DNA of 53,915 nucleotides, the filler included, from Sphacelaria rigidula (lineage: Eukaryota), in assembly GCA_964200075.2 (NCBI GenBank). It is 5 parts of 5 records of this genome, joined end to end, with 100 filler letters (N's around TTAATTAATTAA, not from the genome) between each part and the next. Parts side by side here need not be neighbours in the genome. Positions count along the whole stretch, not along the records: positions 32,412 to 43,114 come from CAXNAA020006058.1; positions 43,215 to 53,915 come from CAXNAA020006059.1; 3 more parts are not named here. One strand, given 5' to 3'. A program made the position numbers and the translations under genes. The notes beneath the pieces were generated by a model, which saw only the letters and a list, made by a program, of their open reading frames with translations, did not search any database and had not been told where the DNA came from. Below, piece by piece: positions 36,900 through 50,800 of the stretch (positions within the stretch are counted from its first letter, which is position 1; each line of letters starts with the position of its first letter).

Positions 36900-39240
36900 G
36901 CGTTTTCCGAAGCACACCATTTTCGGACGGCTGACCACACACGAACCCAAAGAGGCTGGCCCGCTTTCCAAATACTGGGGGGATCGCCTTCAGGAGAAAC
37001 TGCGTGCGCCATGGGCTTTCTCACGCAAGGGAGAACGAACGAAGTGGTTCGTCTACCCTATGAAGGCCAGGGACTCATGAGACTTGGTCAATGCCGCGAA
37101 GCACGTGGACAAATGGCACCTTGGGATTCAGAAAGGGGCGGGGGAATTCGAAGGCAGGTGGAGAAGCAAAGACCTCCGCCACAGGCGAAGGGACTAATGC
37201 GTTGAAAGCAAATAATGCGGGGGAGTGTGGTAGCTGATACAACAGGAGCAACCACGAGCGTCCCCTTAGGACGGGATGGAAATGTGTGAGTACGGGAAGG
37301 AGTGCGGACGGGACAAATCGGGCGATCCATAGGAATTCCCATGAGCATTTTTCCCGTGAAAAGCCCTGTTTTTCAGATTTTGAGGAAGGTTGTTCATAGT
37401 ATAATCATCGCGTACTATGTGTTTCGCCATGACGTACCATTGCGATACGGTAGAACAACTCCTACGGTGAGTAACAATGCTTGTTGGGTGATAAGGGGGG
37501 TATACTTCCCACAGCCCAATTATTCTAAGCTAACATTGATTGCGACTGTTCCGTTATAATCTACCTCGCGAGGTTGCGAGAGAGAAAACTGCCTTGCACG
37601 TACAATCATGAGCATAGAGTAGCCGAGAAAACAGACCACGGCCAAGTCGAGCGTACAAGAGGGGTTCAATAACAAGATGGGTCATTGTTTCGGTGTTCAG
37701 TATTTGTTCTTCGCGTCTGGGCAACCAAACCCACCCAGCGAAATGACGCATACAGGAGAGTGACATGATCTATGGACTAGACTGTGTACTAAGTCGGTGG
37801 TGATGCAAGCTACAGACTAGCCCGTGAGTGTGTCGACGGTGCTGGGGTCAAACCCGATCATGCCGCTGTGGAGTTTGACCCCGTGACGAGACCCAAGCTC
37901 AACCTCGCAGGTTCGTAATTCTACCCAGAGTTGAGAAGGTGTCGCGGCACACGAGGAAGAGTAGAGCTCGCTGCCACGGGGTATCGAGTCTTCTGCTGCG
38001 GAGCGAAAGCGGCGAATGAAGGGCTGGCCAACGTTGTGGTTTGGTTGGCGGTTGAGCAGTTGATTATCAAGAGGCATCGTGGACGCGGACGACTTTCAGC
38101 GAGAACCTCATGTGGATGGTTTCAACTTCACGAGGGAAATCAGTCGTTCCACATTTGTAGTTGCCCATGATCCCACAAAACGCCCGGGAGGAGAGACACG
38201 TAGTAGGCTGACTTGATCAGCACCGTGACCCAAATTCCAAGGATGACCATCTGCTCGTTTCGATACACGAGAGCGCTCGGGCTGGGATAAAAGCACGAGG
38301 TGCGATCGTAAATAGTAGAGGCATACGGCAGGGATTCTCAAGCTAGCGATTGCGATAACATCGCGCTGCTACGACTTGCAGGTGACACAGATTCGCTCTG
38401 GTCAACACAGATTTTTCAACTCCAAGGGAGGGACGTCGAATACGTTGACTGGTAGTACGTGCCGTCCGGTGGACAAGGAAAATTTGTACTACATTATCTC
38501 ACGGGGAACCCACCGTTCTCGAAACATTTTTGTAAACCTACACCTGACCAACTCGCCGGGCTTGGACCACAACGTGGTAGTGGGCCATGGTCCAACTCCA
38601 TGACATTCCCACTCAGCAGACGACAGCAAGCCTTCACCAACGAAAAGTTTATAGATGAACGAGCAATAGCGTTCGGCATCGACGGACGTGAGCAACTCAT
38701 ACACGTTATCGTCTGTGAATTGCTTCCAACATCGGCGACATAATCCGGACATCCGCCGAGATGGTGATGCAATGTCCGACCAGAGAGTCCTGTGTACAAG
38801 GCTAGGTCGAGGATGCTGCAATCCGATCCGAGCTCAACGAGGCGTGGGATGCGGGAGAGGACACGGTTGGCGATTCGAGGAGACCGAGAGGTAGAGCCGC
38901 TTGGGCACCTTGCGAAGAGCATGAAGAAGGCTTCACGAGGTGGGACAGGTGCTTGGACGTGGACGTGACGGAATTGGAGGGGTATAGCAGAAATAGGAGC
39001 ATGACAGGCTGGTCCCGGCATCTGAATGAAGGATGGAGGTTAGACGCCGGGATCTAGAGAGAAAACAGTACCATTGAAGAGGAGGGAAAACTAATACGGC
39101 ACAGGGACCCAACTCGTGAGACATGGGAACGGCACACACCACAGGCCTAGGGTATGACCACGAAGGTAATAGTGAAGCTTTTGATAGTGCTATTTTGGGT
39201 ATTATTATCACATCACTGTTTCCGTCGGTCGTCACTTGAA
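36900..39240 (-). mobile_element. Heavily decayed Ty3/Gypsy-like pol (RNase H to integrase)
   Basis: ILHSDAG (resembles RNase H FILHTDAS), IANRVLSRIP (resembles NANADALSRLP) and CVTCK...LRIP (integrase zinc finger) appear in Gypsy order. Many stops and frameshifts. Confidence 0.4.
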
Positions 39241-39309
39241 AGATTGCGCCTTATCTGGGAGGTCCATTGGTACAGCAAGCCAGATGCGGCGACTTTCCTA
39301 CTTCGCTGA

Positions 39310-41150
39310 ATACATCGGGAAATCTATTTTCAAGCATGATCTGGAGCATTACACCACTGCCAACGGCTATGTTGCCTAGGGACCCGCCAACTCTGAACGA
39401 ACAAAAGAGGCAACGGGAGCTACGACTGACTGCAAAGTGATAGGATATTTCGGATCACATGCTGAGCTTTCAAGGCTTGGATTCGTCGGAGGGCCACTTG
39501 ACGTCCCGTACTACCTCTACAGCACCATCGTTGACGTTTAAACGTCTGGCGAGGTGCCACGGGAATGGAAGGACGACACTATCCAAGTGTTGAACAACAA
39601 GAATAGCACCGAGCGTGGTGACTTTATGGGCATCTCCCTCGTAGTGATGCCGACGTTTCCACAATCACGACCATCAGTGCCTACCCTTTCTTCGAAGGGA
39701 CCGGAAGTCTCCAGGAAAGAAAGCTTGGGAATATTGCGGGTTTTGGCATAATGACCGTCATGCGCGGACGGCACAAGTCGGGACGGGCGAACAAAATACC
39801 ACAGACCATGTGCTACATCCACCCGCACCCTATGTGGGGAGTGCTTGACCATTTCGGAGTCCCGCTGCGGACGATCAAGGTCTTCGTATATTTGACAACG
39901 GCATTTGCGAGATCGGGTACAACTGGATGATGACGAACTGGCATGATGGTTTTACGTCTCCCGGACGCGTTTCGTTTCCACACATGTTCAAACCTTGGGC
40001 GCAGCAGCGCGTGACGTGGTCTTACAGCTTTTCGCAGGAAATCCGCTCATCGTTCCAGCCTTGGTGTTTTCACATGATATACCCAAGAATGGCGATCTTA
40101 GCCCCCAATAAGTGATACCGTGGCCAGAGTGCGACGCGTGGTGTGGAGATTGTTGTACGCAAATGGCGCCAGCGTAGTCCAGGCAGGCTCGCCAGGATTA
40201 TGGCTGTGGCCATGGTGGTCCGTCAGAAGTTCTGACTAACGTATGGGAGGAGCCAAATGTCACGCAGCTTTGGTCACTTCCCAGCTCCCCAGAGACTTCA
40301 CTGTACATCCAGGAGGGGGCAAACGGTACAAGCGAGCAGCCGAGAAAATATGCCTTGGTCGTGCTATCAGCCAAGACGCGAGCATTTCCATCAAAATCAT
40401 GTGCCGCATCGGCGCTGCGTAATCACAACTGCGAGAGCATAGCTGCCCACTCTACGATCCATCCAGTACTAAGCTATCGGTCAAAACCCGATCTGCTCGA
40501 GGCGACGTGATGGAGGCTATGCTGCGCTGGTGTGCAATGTGGAAGCGGCGTCCAAAAGACTCCGTGAGCCTGAGGATTGCCCACCACAACATTTCAACAC
40601 GAGCAGTTGGCTTTGGCAGGAAGGATTGCACAGAGGATTCGCTTGAAGCTGTGCTTGACATGACCAACTGCCAACTTAATGTAGCTGACTATGCGCAAAC
40701 GTCAACTTCGGTGCGCGCAGCCCGTTGTCCGGCAGAGCGAAACGCGTCTCCCGAAGTACATCATGTTCGGGCGGTTAGCCGCATCAGGACCCAGGAAAGG
40801 TGGTCGGCCCTCGAAACGCTGGAGATACCGCCTCCAAGATAGCCTTCGTGCCCTGAGCACCATCTCATGCAAGGGAGAACGACGAAAGCTGTTCTTGTGC
40901 TGGTGTTGAGGCCCATGACTCACCAGATTGGGGTCACTGCCCGAAAGGATGTGAGCAAATGGCACGTGGGAGTCGAGGAGGGGTCGAGGAGGCGTGGCGA
41001 CGACATAACTTCTTCCACTCTCATCTACCGTGTAGTACGTCATGAGCGAGAGGCTACTGGGTTGGGAGTCGCGAGAAGGAGAGTCGCCACCGCTGGTACA
41101 ACACCAGCGACAACAGTCTGCGCAGAATCCAAAACGGAAATGACGTAGAG
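39310..41150 (+). mobile_element. Decayed non-LTR retrotransposon (RTE-like LINE) reverse transcriptase region
   Basis: GEVPREWKDDTIQVL..K...GDFMGISLV; LW.VL..FGVP-like segment; VWRLLYANGASVV (YADD motif decayed); MEAMLRWCAMW...LRIAHH...R.VG; ETRLPKYIMFGRL...RKGGRPSKRW...L.DSLRAL. Stops and frameshifts throughout. Confidence 0.85.
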
Positions 41151-41825
41151 AGTGGCCCGCTCGGTACATGACAAGATATGAAGTGGGGAGGGGAGGGTAG
41201 CAAGAAAGCTGATACCCCTGCCTGCTTCCGTTCGTTATCGACTACCCCCTTGATTCGCACATCCAGTGATGCTCCTCAGCTCTGTCTGCTCATCATGATC
41301 TGCTTTGTTTATGGCTGCCTTCTCTATCTTTCCTTCCGCTTTGCTTCCTTCAAGTTTTTATATTTCATACAATCCTATTTCTACCTATCTCACTCCTGTC
41401 GAGCTGGCGGGTGGGAGTAATTGCTGAAATAGTGCGGCACCCAGATATCTGAATCGCGACCTGCTCTCACGGCATTGGTTGTTGTACGATCACCCCACGT
41501 GAACCCTTAGCAGGGGCTGGTTTGTCGGGGAGCTATCCGGGACCGGCACGAGATCTCCGACTTGAATTTCCGTTGTACGGGTTTGTTTTTGTTCCAGTTT
41601 ACTCTGCGCGTTCTCCTCTTCATTTCCCCCACTTTCTCCATTTTTTTTCCAGCGTGTGCTTTGACTCACTGACTTCGGGGTACGTCTATCCTGTTCACAC
41701 CTCCGCATTTGTGGCGAATCAGTGAATGTGGGACTACAATTCGATCAATGAGCAAATCTTTCATATCAGACACATGCTTACACGTCAGCAAACACGGCAA
41801 AAGTGATCATCGTTGTCCCTCATAC

Positions 41826-42833
41826 CAACCTCTTGTGCCGCGGGTATCGCCGGCCGAATCCCTCCACGTGTTTGAACGGCTTCCCTTCAACCCCGAAAGT
41901 TTCGTCATCAAATTTGGCGTCGCCGAGAACGTCGGACTCGCCAGTCAAAACTTCCCATCTAGGTTTTCGCGCAAATGCTGCCTTCTTTTCTTCCCACACT
42001 TCTTCGACCGCTAGCACCTGACAACACGAGTCATTTGTCAAGAGAATACGAAACAAAGTGGACATGTCTAGAAAAAGGGTACAGCTACATGTTGAAGTCA
42101 AATCGCTGGACTCGTCCATCTATTTTTGCCCACGCTTGTCCGCCCGTTCAACACATGAAAAAAAAATGTTTCATATCCCGAAAATAGAGGAAGGAATGCG
42201 GAGTGTGCAGTCTTCAGCACAAGTACAAAAAGTCGAATATATAAAAGGCACATATACACATGAAAAATAAACATAGGTGTATTGAACGGACCGATGGTAC
42301 TCATGTCTGTCATGCAGCCAGCACATGTCAGCATCGGAGAACTGTAGACCACGAACCAAATGATTGGGCATATATGCATGCACTCAATCTTCCCTTGCTA
42401 ATGCCTCAAAAAAAGAAATTCTGCCGACAACGTACTTTTGTGGAGGACCTGCAACCAGAACTACGTATGTCTTTCCTCCTTGGAAAATAGCCAGGAGTCG
42501 TGAACCTTCCATGAGCGTATGGGCGTGTTCAGCGAATGTTGTACGCATAATACAAATCCCCCAAACATCCCGAGTCAGCTTCGGATGAGAAATCTCGGCA
42601 GCTCTTGGAAAAGGAACCGAGCATGACGTCAAAGCTTTAGCTGTGGCTGCTGTGCGATTCACACAAAATCATTATATCTCTGAACAAGGTCCTGTATTGT
42701 ACAGTTTGTACAGCGCCCATCAACTTTTAAATAAGGTCGGATACAATATCCACGAACATTCACCTGCTCCTCCGTCCACAAGCCATCCGCGGCCTCGACG
42801 CGTTCGGCAAACGCCTTTCGGAACTCGGGGGAC
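41826..42833 (-). pseudogene. Candidate exons of an unidentified gene or pseudogene (42833-42764, 42017-41826)
   Basis: Segments bounded by cag|...|gt with open frames SPEFRKAFAERVEAADGLWTEEQ and VLAVEEVWEEKKAAF... The intervening candidate exons contain stops. No recognisable domain. Confidence 0.3.
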
Positions 42834-43048
42834 CTGATCTTCAGTAGGGCCGCCGCCACGTTTCCTGACGAAAAAATTAGAGAGGGCGACAAAATCAGCT
42901 GGATGAGCAGGGCGACCACTGCGATAAAAAGGCATTAATCGCAACGACGGACAAGTGGTCCAGGGGTTTTTCAAGGTGGGTACATCACAACAATGAAATG
43001 TGCGCACGACAGGGGCTACACGCCCCGTCATTCCGGGAAAAGACAACC

Positions 43049-43095
<47 letters not shown>

Positions 43096-43114
43096 ACCCC
43101 CCCCGCCCCCCCCC

Positions 43115-43214
43115 NNNNNNNNNNNNNNNNNNNNNNNNNNNNNNNNNNNNNNNNNNNNTTAATTAATTAANNNNNNNNNNNNNNNNNNNNNNNNNNNNNN
43201 NNNNNNNNNNNNNN
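43115..43214. other. Artificial contig linker (N44-TTAATTAATTAA-N44)
   Basis: Identical 100-nt spacer. Confidence 0.98.
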
Positions 43215-44815
43215 AAGCGTAAACAATCCAGTCGTTCTCGCTTTTATCCCTGAGTTCTGATTTGTGTTTCCGAAACTCTATAATAAACGCTCCCGCTGAT
43301 ATTGTACCAAATCTTGTGGTATACAGTACAGGGGGTCTCGTTTTGAGGTGTTTCACAGGTGGGCGTGGACGTTTGCATGCTTAGTTAAGGAGGTTTTCAC
43401 TTTTTGTGCTTCCCGTGTGCACAATCTTTCCGACATGCTGCGTGCATTCGTTGCTGGCCGTACAGAGTGCTCGAAAGAGGAGAAAAGAGGGACATCTCGT
43501 CGTTGCAGTGCGATTGCAAGCCAATAACGGAACCTCTTCTGTTGGATCTGGGACGGGCGTAAACAAGGTGAAGGCGACACTCGAGTGTCACTGGAACTCG
43601 TCTCTTGTCGCTTTGTTTTTCTGTCTCCTTGTATCTGCGTCCCCCGCGTGTAACTGTACATGGTTCGGAGAACGCGGAGTATCACTCGAAAACTACACGG
43701 GAAACTCTCGTGCACTTGTAACGATAATAGCTCGGCAAGTCGTGTCATTCTTGCATATGAACGGCCATCTCCACCCCCTTTTGCCCTCCCCCCCTTCAGA
43801 TCATGTTGTGCGGCGCGGGAGAACCTCAACTCCGCACGATGAGGATGATCGTACTACGTAGTGTGTAAATGGTGGGACACCCATGAGGCAGTGCATAAGC
43901 CGTGGCTGTCTCTGGAAGTTGCGTTACCAGAAAATGAAGCAACTTATTTGGGCCTGTCATCCAAATGCAAGATAGTCAGTAGGCTTCGAGCGGAACTTTC
44001 TTAGCAGGATGCAGCTCACCATTCATGCGACTCGCCGAACACACCACGGCGCTTCGCGNNNNNNNNNNAGTCCGGCAAAGACCCGCGGGGAGCCGTCCCC
44101 TTTTTCGGGGGGAGGGGAGATAATTAAAATAGGCCCCCCCCCCCCCCCCCCCCCCCCCCTCATCACCAAGTTTCGACAGCTCATCGATTTTTTGTTGACG
44201 GCCTTGTTGATTTGACGGCAGGCTACCGGCGAGCTAGTGTTCGTCGAGATCGGGGACGGCTCTCCGGGCGATCTACCCGCGACGCTCCGGACTGCCCTAG
44301 CCCACCTCCAGGTGTGTTTCGTATGTCCGCTCTTAATGGAAGGGGTTGGCCTTTCTCGTCAGCGTACTTTGCTGTGGAGATCTCCGCGATGTTAGCGCGA
44401 AGATGCACTGGTTATATGCTCGGCGCATACCTCCGATGCAACACTGACGCACAAAGCGCCACCTGAGAGCCCCCGCGCCCCCCCCCCCCCCCCCCCCCCC
44501 ATTGTAAGAGCGCGTTTGTTCTGCTGGTGACGTGCGTAACGTAAAAGCTGCGGGAGCTAATTTGTGGTATTGGGAACTACCGTCCGAATCACCCGAAATC
44601 CCAATACGAGTCTCGTGGTGGTTGAAAGGGGCTGAATGAACATACAAAAAAGAGTATTGCTTGTGGAAAAATATCCCCTTGGGGATTCATGACCATGATC
44701 TCCATATGTGTAATATGACATATTATACGGTGAGAATTAGGTGAATCGTACCCCCCTCCCCTCCCCTCTCCTCCTTCCCCTTTCATACCCTCACTCTCCT
44801 CTTCCATGTCTCAAG

Positions 44816-47800
44816 ATGAAATCCCCGACCGGAGCGCCAAAGTTCGGCAGTAAAGCGAATCTAAGATCCTTATCAAGGCGCAACGTGTCGCGCCCGAAGG
44901 CGGTCACGGGGACGGCCAGGAGCGAGTCGTGCTCGTCCTTGCAACGGCCCAAGACGCTAGCGGCGGCCGGGGCCGGGCCGGGGCCCACAACAGCAGCAGC
45001 CGCTTCCTCGGCGCTCAGCTTCTATCACGATGACCCGCACGACTCCCCGTTGTGGGACCTGTTCGACGCCATCTGTAGTGGTGATAGAGGTAGCAGTGGC
45101 AGTTGTAGCCCCGGCGGCCGGATGCTGTCAGGTAGTGATTTTTCTGGCTCGACGAAAGGCGGCACAAGGTGGGACCGCTCTTTTTCTTTTAATCGTACTG
45201 CCTTGACGGGGACGAAGAAGGGATCCTTGTCCGTGCCCGCGGAGCGTGTCCGGGCCGTCTCGGTGTCGGCGGCGCCGGAGAGGGTGCCGGAGAGGGCGCG
45301 GGAGAAGGATGGGGCTCCTGCGATTTCGGTGCTAGTGACGCTACGGGCGGGTACGGGGGATTATGTAGAGAAGGAGGCTGTGCTGGAGGTGAGAAGGAGT
45401 ACGAAAACGCCGAAGTTCGTTTCGACGGTTTGTCGTTGTTGTTGTTGGCAAATATTGGTAGCTGTCGGCGTTGTTGGTGTTGGTGTTGGTGATGTTGTTG
45501 TTGGTGGTGGTGATGGTGATGCTATTGTTATCATGGAGGTCTTTGCCGTAAAGGTGCGAAGATCGCCTCCTCTCGTGTGTTGCCGTTGTCCGAGCGTAAA
45601 GTAAAATTGGCGAACTGTACATGGCTGCCTGTCGTCTTTGCAAGCTACGAGCTGGGCCATTCGTGAAACGTGTAACCCCTCCGCAGACAACTTCTTCTGT
45701 TTCCCGAATCGACCCGCTTTGAGCATATCGCTGTGAACTGCAGACCAACCTGGTCATGCACGCTCTGCCGCTTGAAAAAAATATGAAGAAAAGGTACTGC
45801 ATCATTCGAGCTGGGCCAGCCTGGAAGCGGATTTGTAGTTCGCAGGCCCATTCTCAGCTCAATTTGTAGAGATGGACCCTAAATTTTTGTATGAATAATC
45901 AATTACTAGACATGGGGATTAACCGATGAGGAAAAATTGGCCCAGATTTTTGGGCAGATGAGCACCTCCCCCTTGATCAGACAATTAATAGGATATGCGG
46001 ATCACTGCCCAACGCATCTGTGTCGATGAGATCTGGCTTCGAGAGCTTGAACCCGTTTCTGGGCTAGACTAGCTTGTAATTGACTTGGAAAACGGAACCA
46101 GATCCCGCTGAAATAAAGAGGGTCTGTTGGAATTCGAATTCGTGACCCCCATAACTGGAGTCTCGTGTATCACTCAGATTACAGGGGCGCAGCGGTGTTA
46201 CACAAAAAGTTCCACGCTGAGCTCATGCTCAGGATTTTTTTGCCGAAATTTACCACGTTTTTCTCGGATTTTGCCGAACACAGGATTCGTTCTCGTAACT
46301 GCTTTTGCGTGTCTGTCCCTCACGATGCTTGGTCCATCGTCTCTTGCGTGTCCCGAAACTCCCGCCGTGCTGGTTTGCGCGGGCACTGGAGAAAAAAAAA
46401 ACATTCCGGCCTACATTTCGGCCTCGGACTAATTTTTCGCCGGAAAACTGTCACCACGTCTTGCGCAGGCGGTGGCGAAATCGAGGCGCAAGAGATCGCT
46501 CCCTGGCTCGGGCAAGGCACTCTACTTCAATCGGGTATGTGCGGGTTGCTTAGCGTAGATGGAGAGAAAGAGAGACCCAATTTGGTCTATTATTGAGATT
46601 GACCGCTAAGAATCAATCGACTAGATATACAGTAGTGGGCGGTCTAACTATTTAGGGGTGTTTTGACGTTTTCCTCGCGTACTACTCTTCGATGAAACTC
46701 GAAATTGCTAGCGTCGGTAGATTGTGGTACAACGAAACAGATCATCTTCGAAACACAGTGCCCAAGTCAAAGTTAGTTGGTGTTATCGGGCGAAACGAGT
46801 TAACACCCCGTTTATCAGGAGGGTGTCATTGACCGTGAAACACAGTTTTTCGGCCCAAGTGCACTGAGTAGGCAGAATTGTTAAAACAATCAAAGTTTAC
46901 ATTTCTCTACAAATATGATCGGGACGGGCTCGATCGACCGAAAATACACAAGAGTAAGAATCTGGGCTGAATCATGGCAGGACCCCTGATGACCGGTCAG
47001 CCCCTAAGCCGCTCAATATTTACTACAAATGATATCTTCTTCTTGGAATGTGAAGCGGATACAAATATCTTCAGATCCCCGATGTGATGAGGGGTGGCGA
47101 GCGAAATGAGCCCGAGAAAATCGCCCATCACGAAAAAATCACAAGATGCCACAACATGAATAGTCAGACCGCCCACTACTGTACCTTGTGTACAAGTAGC
47201 TTTTATTTTTTTCTGGGATAGAATCTGATACATTTTTTTATGGGAGTGCAGGTAACGCTATTTTTTTAGAGCTTCGCCCATGTGTTGGTGATGAGCATAG
47301 ATTCTATATCTGCTGCAGCTGCTGCTGCTTTCTCGCGGAGACCGAGAATGAGAGAGGAAGAAGAAGAAAAGGATCAATGATGTGTGCGGGACTCAATTTC
47401 ATCCTGCTTTGCTCTGTTTTCCCCAAATACCCCGCCGCCGTGAGTAACCTGGTCCTCCCGCCAAAATAGTCTCTCCCGAGTCACCCCATCCGCGCTCCCC
47501 TCGGCTGCCGTTTGCAACGCGCACCCGCAAAAAAACACACACAGATACTGTCAATCCCGCATTTCGTGTGGAGAACTAGCACAGGCCAAGATGACGCGCC
47601 CGCCGTCGCAGCCGCGGCCATCAGTACCGCCCCGTCAGCTCCACCGATGTCTCCGGGCGGCTCAAGCGGCTCAGTCTGCTCCACCGCATCTGACTCGAGC
47701 GCCAAAATATATTTGAGGCAACTAGTGCAGCCCGTCAATCGTGACAACGGAACGAAAGTACCGCATCCAGTTCGAGGTGCGCCGCCCTTGCCCCCGCCTA

Positions 47801-50800
47801 CGCCACCCAAGCCCACAGCTCCCACCTTCGATACCGCCGCCGCGGCGGCGTCGGTGACGGCGCCAGTGGCGGTGGCCGCTCCCGAAGCGGCAGCTTCTCG
47901 CCAGAAACATCCTGGCGTAGGACAGGAACATGTATCAAACTTGAATAATCCCCGTTCCGGCCCACGTACAACGCGTCCGGCGAATCGGACGCAGCAGCAG
48001 CATCAGCACGACCACAGTCAAAGGGCGCAATCGTCGCCGCCGCTGGTGCCCAACCCCGTGGGGGCGCGTCCTCCGGTCGCACGGCAAGGTCCAGCTTCGG
48101 CAGCGGCGGGTGGGGTCGGGAGTTCAAAGGTTACCGCGTCGACGCCGAACGATCGTCTTCCCGGAATCGTGGAGCTGTCACCGTATACGGAGGGCGTGAG
48201 AGAAGGGGAAGCAGGAAGCGTCATTACGGCGGCGACGACAAAAAAGGGACGAAGGGGCGCGGGCACGGGTGGCGGCGCGGACCCGGCGTCGAATCGAGGG
48301 AAAGGTCCGGATTTACCCAGCGACATACCCGAGAATTCGACAGATTGGGAGCGGGCTCTTGTCAAGGGGTTATTGTTGAGGCAACAACAGCGTAAGGGTA
48401 ATGGATCGTCATTGCGTCGGTCACACCACCACCACCAACCACAGACGGCGGCGCCGGAGGCGGAGGCGCCGCCGCCGCCGCCACCACCACCACCACCGCC
48501 ACCGACGGTGGCGCCTGAGCAGTCCGTGGAGGATGAAGCCACAATTGCAGCGGCAAACAACGATGGTGAAGAAGAAAAACCCCTACGCGCAAGTAATGAT
48601 AAGGTTTATAACCTCGCCATCTCGATGACGACGATGGAGCCTGCGCATCCGTCGCAGGTTGAGTCAGCTGCTGCTGCTGAGACCACCATTGAAGGCACAT
48701 CGCTTGTGCGCGAAAAAGAGAAATCTGTCGAGGGGCGGGCCAGGGGGCGACGGGGGCGAGAAGACGCACCTAAGAAGCGAGGCTCGAGTCAAGAACCAAC
48801 GTCTGCGAAGCTAGCAGTAACGGTCGCCGATCCCGTCCTGGCGGATTCAGTTGCGAGGACGAGTGCGGTGACAGGTTCGGAGATCGTGCCCCCGTCGCCC
48901 GGGTCGAGTGCAGGCTACAGTTCCACGTCATCTGACTGGGTTTGGAGGGGGCGGACTGACCGTGACAAAGGTAGGAAGCTTGTAGGTTCTCCTCGGGTTC
49001 GCAGGAAAAGAAGGTCTCCCCGGAATAGCTCGTCGGACCTGGGTGGCTTGACGCATGAGGAGCTGGTGATGAGAGTGGAGCAGGTATGAACCGAGTGTCA
49101 TCGGGAGTTCGGGAAAGGCGGGCGGGGGGAGGGGGGAGCGTACTCATGTTCCGCTTGCCTCGGTCGTTTGGCCATTGACCACGCATCCCTCTCGAGACGG
49201 AGCACCGTTCCCACTCCTAATATAGGCACCTACATTTAGGCGTTCTTACGTTTCTTACACCCATTACACAAAAATATCACATCTTGTACCCGTCCTGTTT
49301 GGCCGTCTGTGGCCACCATCTGTCTCCTATTTAGTATGGCCATCGTTTTCTGCGCTACTGTCTTCCGTATCAAACGATTTCATGCCACTGTCGTTTACTT
49401 CCCGAATTTCCCCCTCTAGCACGTCCCGGTCCTCCTTATGCAGTTCACGTTCTGCCACAATATGAGTTCTACTCTCTATTCCTTTGTCACAGAGGCAGTT
49501 CTGTGCATCGATTTCCTACTCGACCACTGGTATATCTCCTTTTTTTGGCAGGTCCAGGTCCCCCAGGAGGCGGCGGCGGGGGGGAAATACGTTGGTGGTT
49601 GCAACGACCGGCGGGTAGTCATATCCTAGATGAAATGGTCACGTATTCACTGCGATTGTGAGAAGTTCAACTTCCCCCCTGTCGGATTATGCTGTGGGTG
49701 GAGGCATGTATTTGCTTTGACGATTAATTCAACCGCTAAACGCTTGCAGCACCGCTTCGCGTCAGCATATGAACACGTGGATGCCTTTCTGCGGGCATCC
49801 GTAATTTATACGCCCGATCAACCTCTAGTGTACTACTTGTGCGAGTATTTTGAGTCGTTCATCTTGTAATTGTCCGAAGAATGGTCAAGTCAAGGTTCGT
49901 TGGAGAGTTTGCAGCCGGCCTGAGTATCTGAAGGTGGTACCACTTCCGCCTTTGGGGGGGGGGGGGGGCGCGACACACGACTCTTTGTCGACACTCGACC
50001 GTGTTGATGTGTTAGGACATGTCCTGAATGTTGAAGTGTTGCACATGAAATCATTTTCCAGAAGCCGTTAAACAGGCGTGCGGTGTACACGACGAGAAAC
50101 ATGCTGCCAGAACTTGGATCTCCGGACGCTGCTCGAGAGGCCGATTTTTTCATCACATGAAACACGCTCGTTCCTACAAGACGCGAAGCAGTCATCAACC
50201 CAGAATACCTTCAAGAACCCCTTTCGTTTTGTTTGCAGCGTAGCGCAGCGCAGCGCAGCGCAGCCCGCCCGCCCGCCCGCCCGCCCACCCACCCACCCTC
50301 GCCTCTCCTCCCGCCTCGCGCGCGCCGAGCGCGTGATCACCTGTATATTTACTCTCTGTCGGTCGTTTATACCCCTCTCCATCGCGCAGAACACCACCCC
50401 TTTTCATCATGCCGTTTGATCACATGTTTTTCCCTGCTTTGACATTACACACATGTAACCATTTCCGATGTGCGCGCCCCCCCGGACACGGCATACACTC
50501 CTGGTGTTGTCGCAAGGCGGAGAAAACCGCACAGTTCTGGAAAGCCCAGCACGCGCATATGGCGAAACAGGTCGAGACCCTCATTCGTACGTCCAGCCCT
50601 CGTTCAAGTATGTCTAGCGCCGTAGCTTTATCATCGACAAGCACTGACCAACGACGCGGGTCCAAGGAAGTGAAGGTCAGACCGGTCAATTTCTTTCCAA
50701 GCAGCAAGACGTCTAGCACGACACACGTGCGCATCGACGAGGGATCTTGCAACGCTTCAGGCGGGGAAGCCGGTGACGCTACATCCGGCCGCCCTACTGC

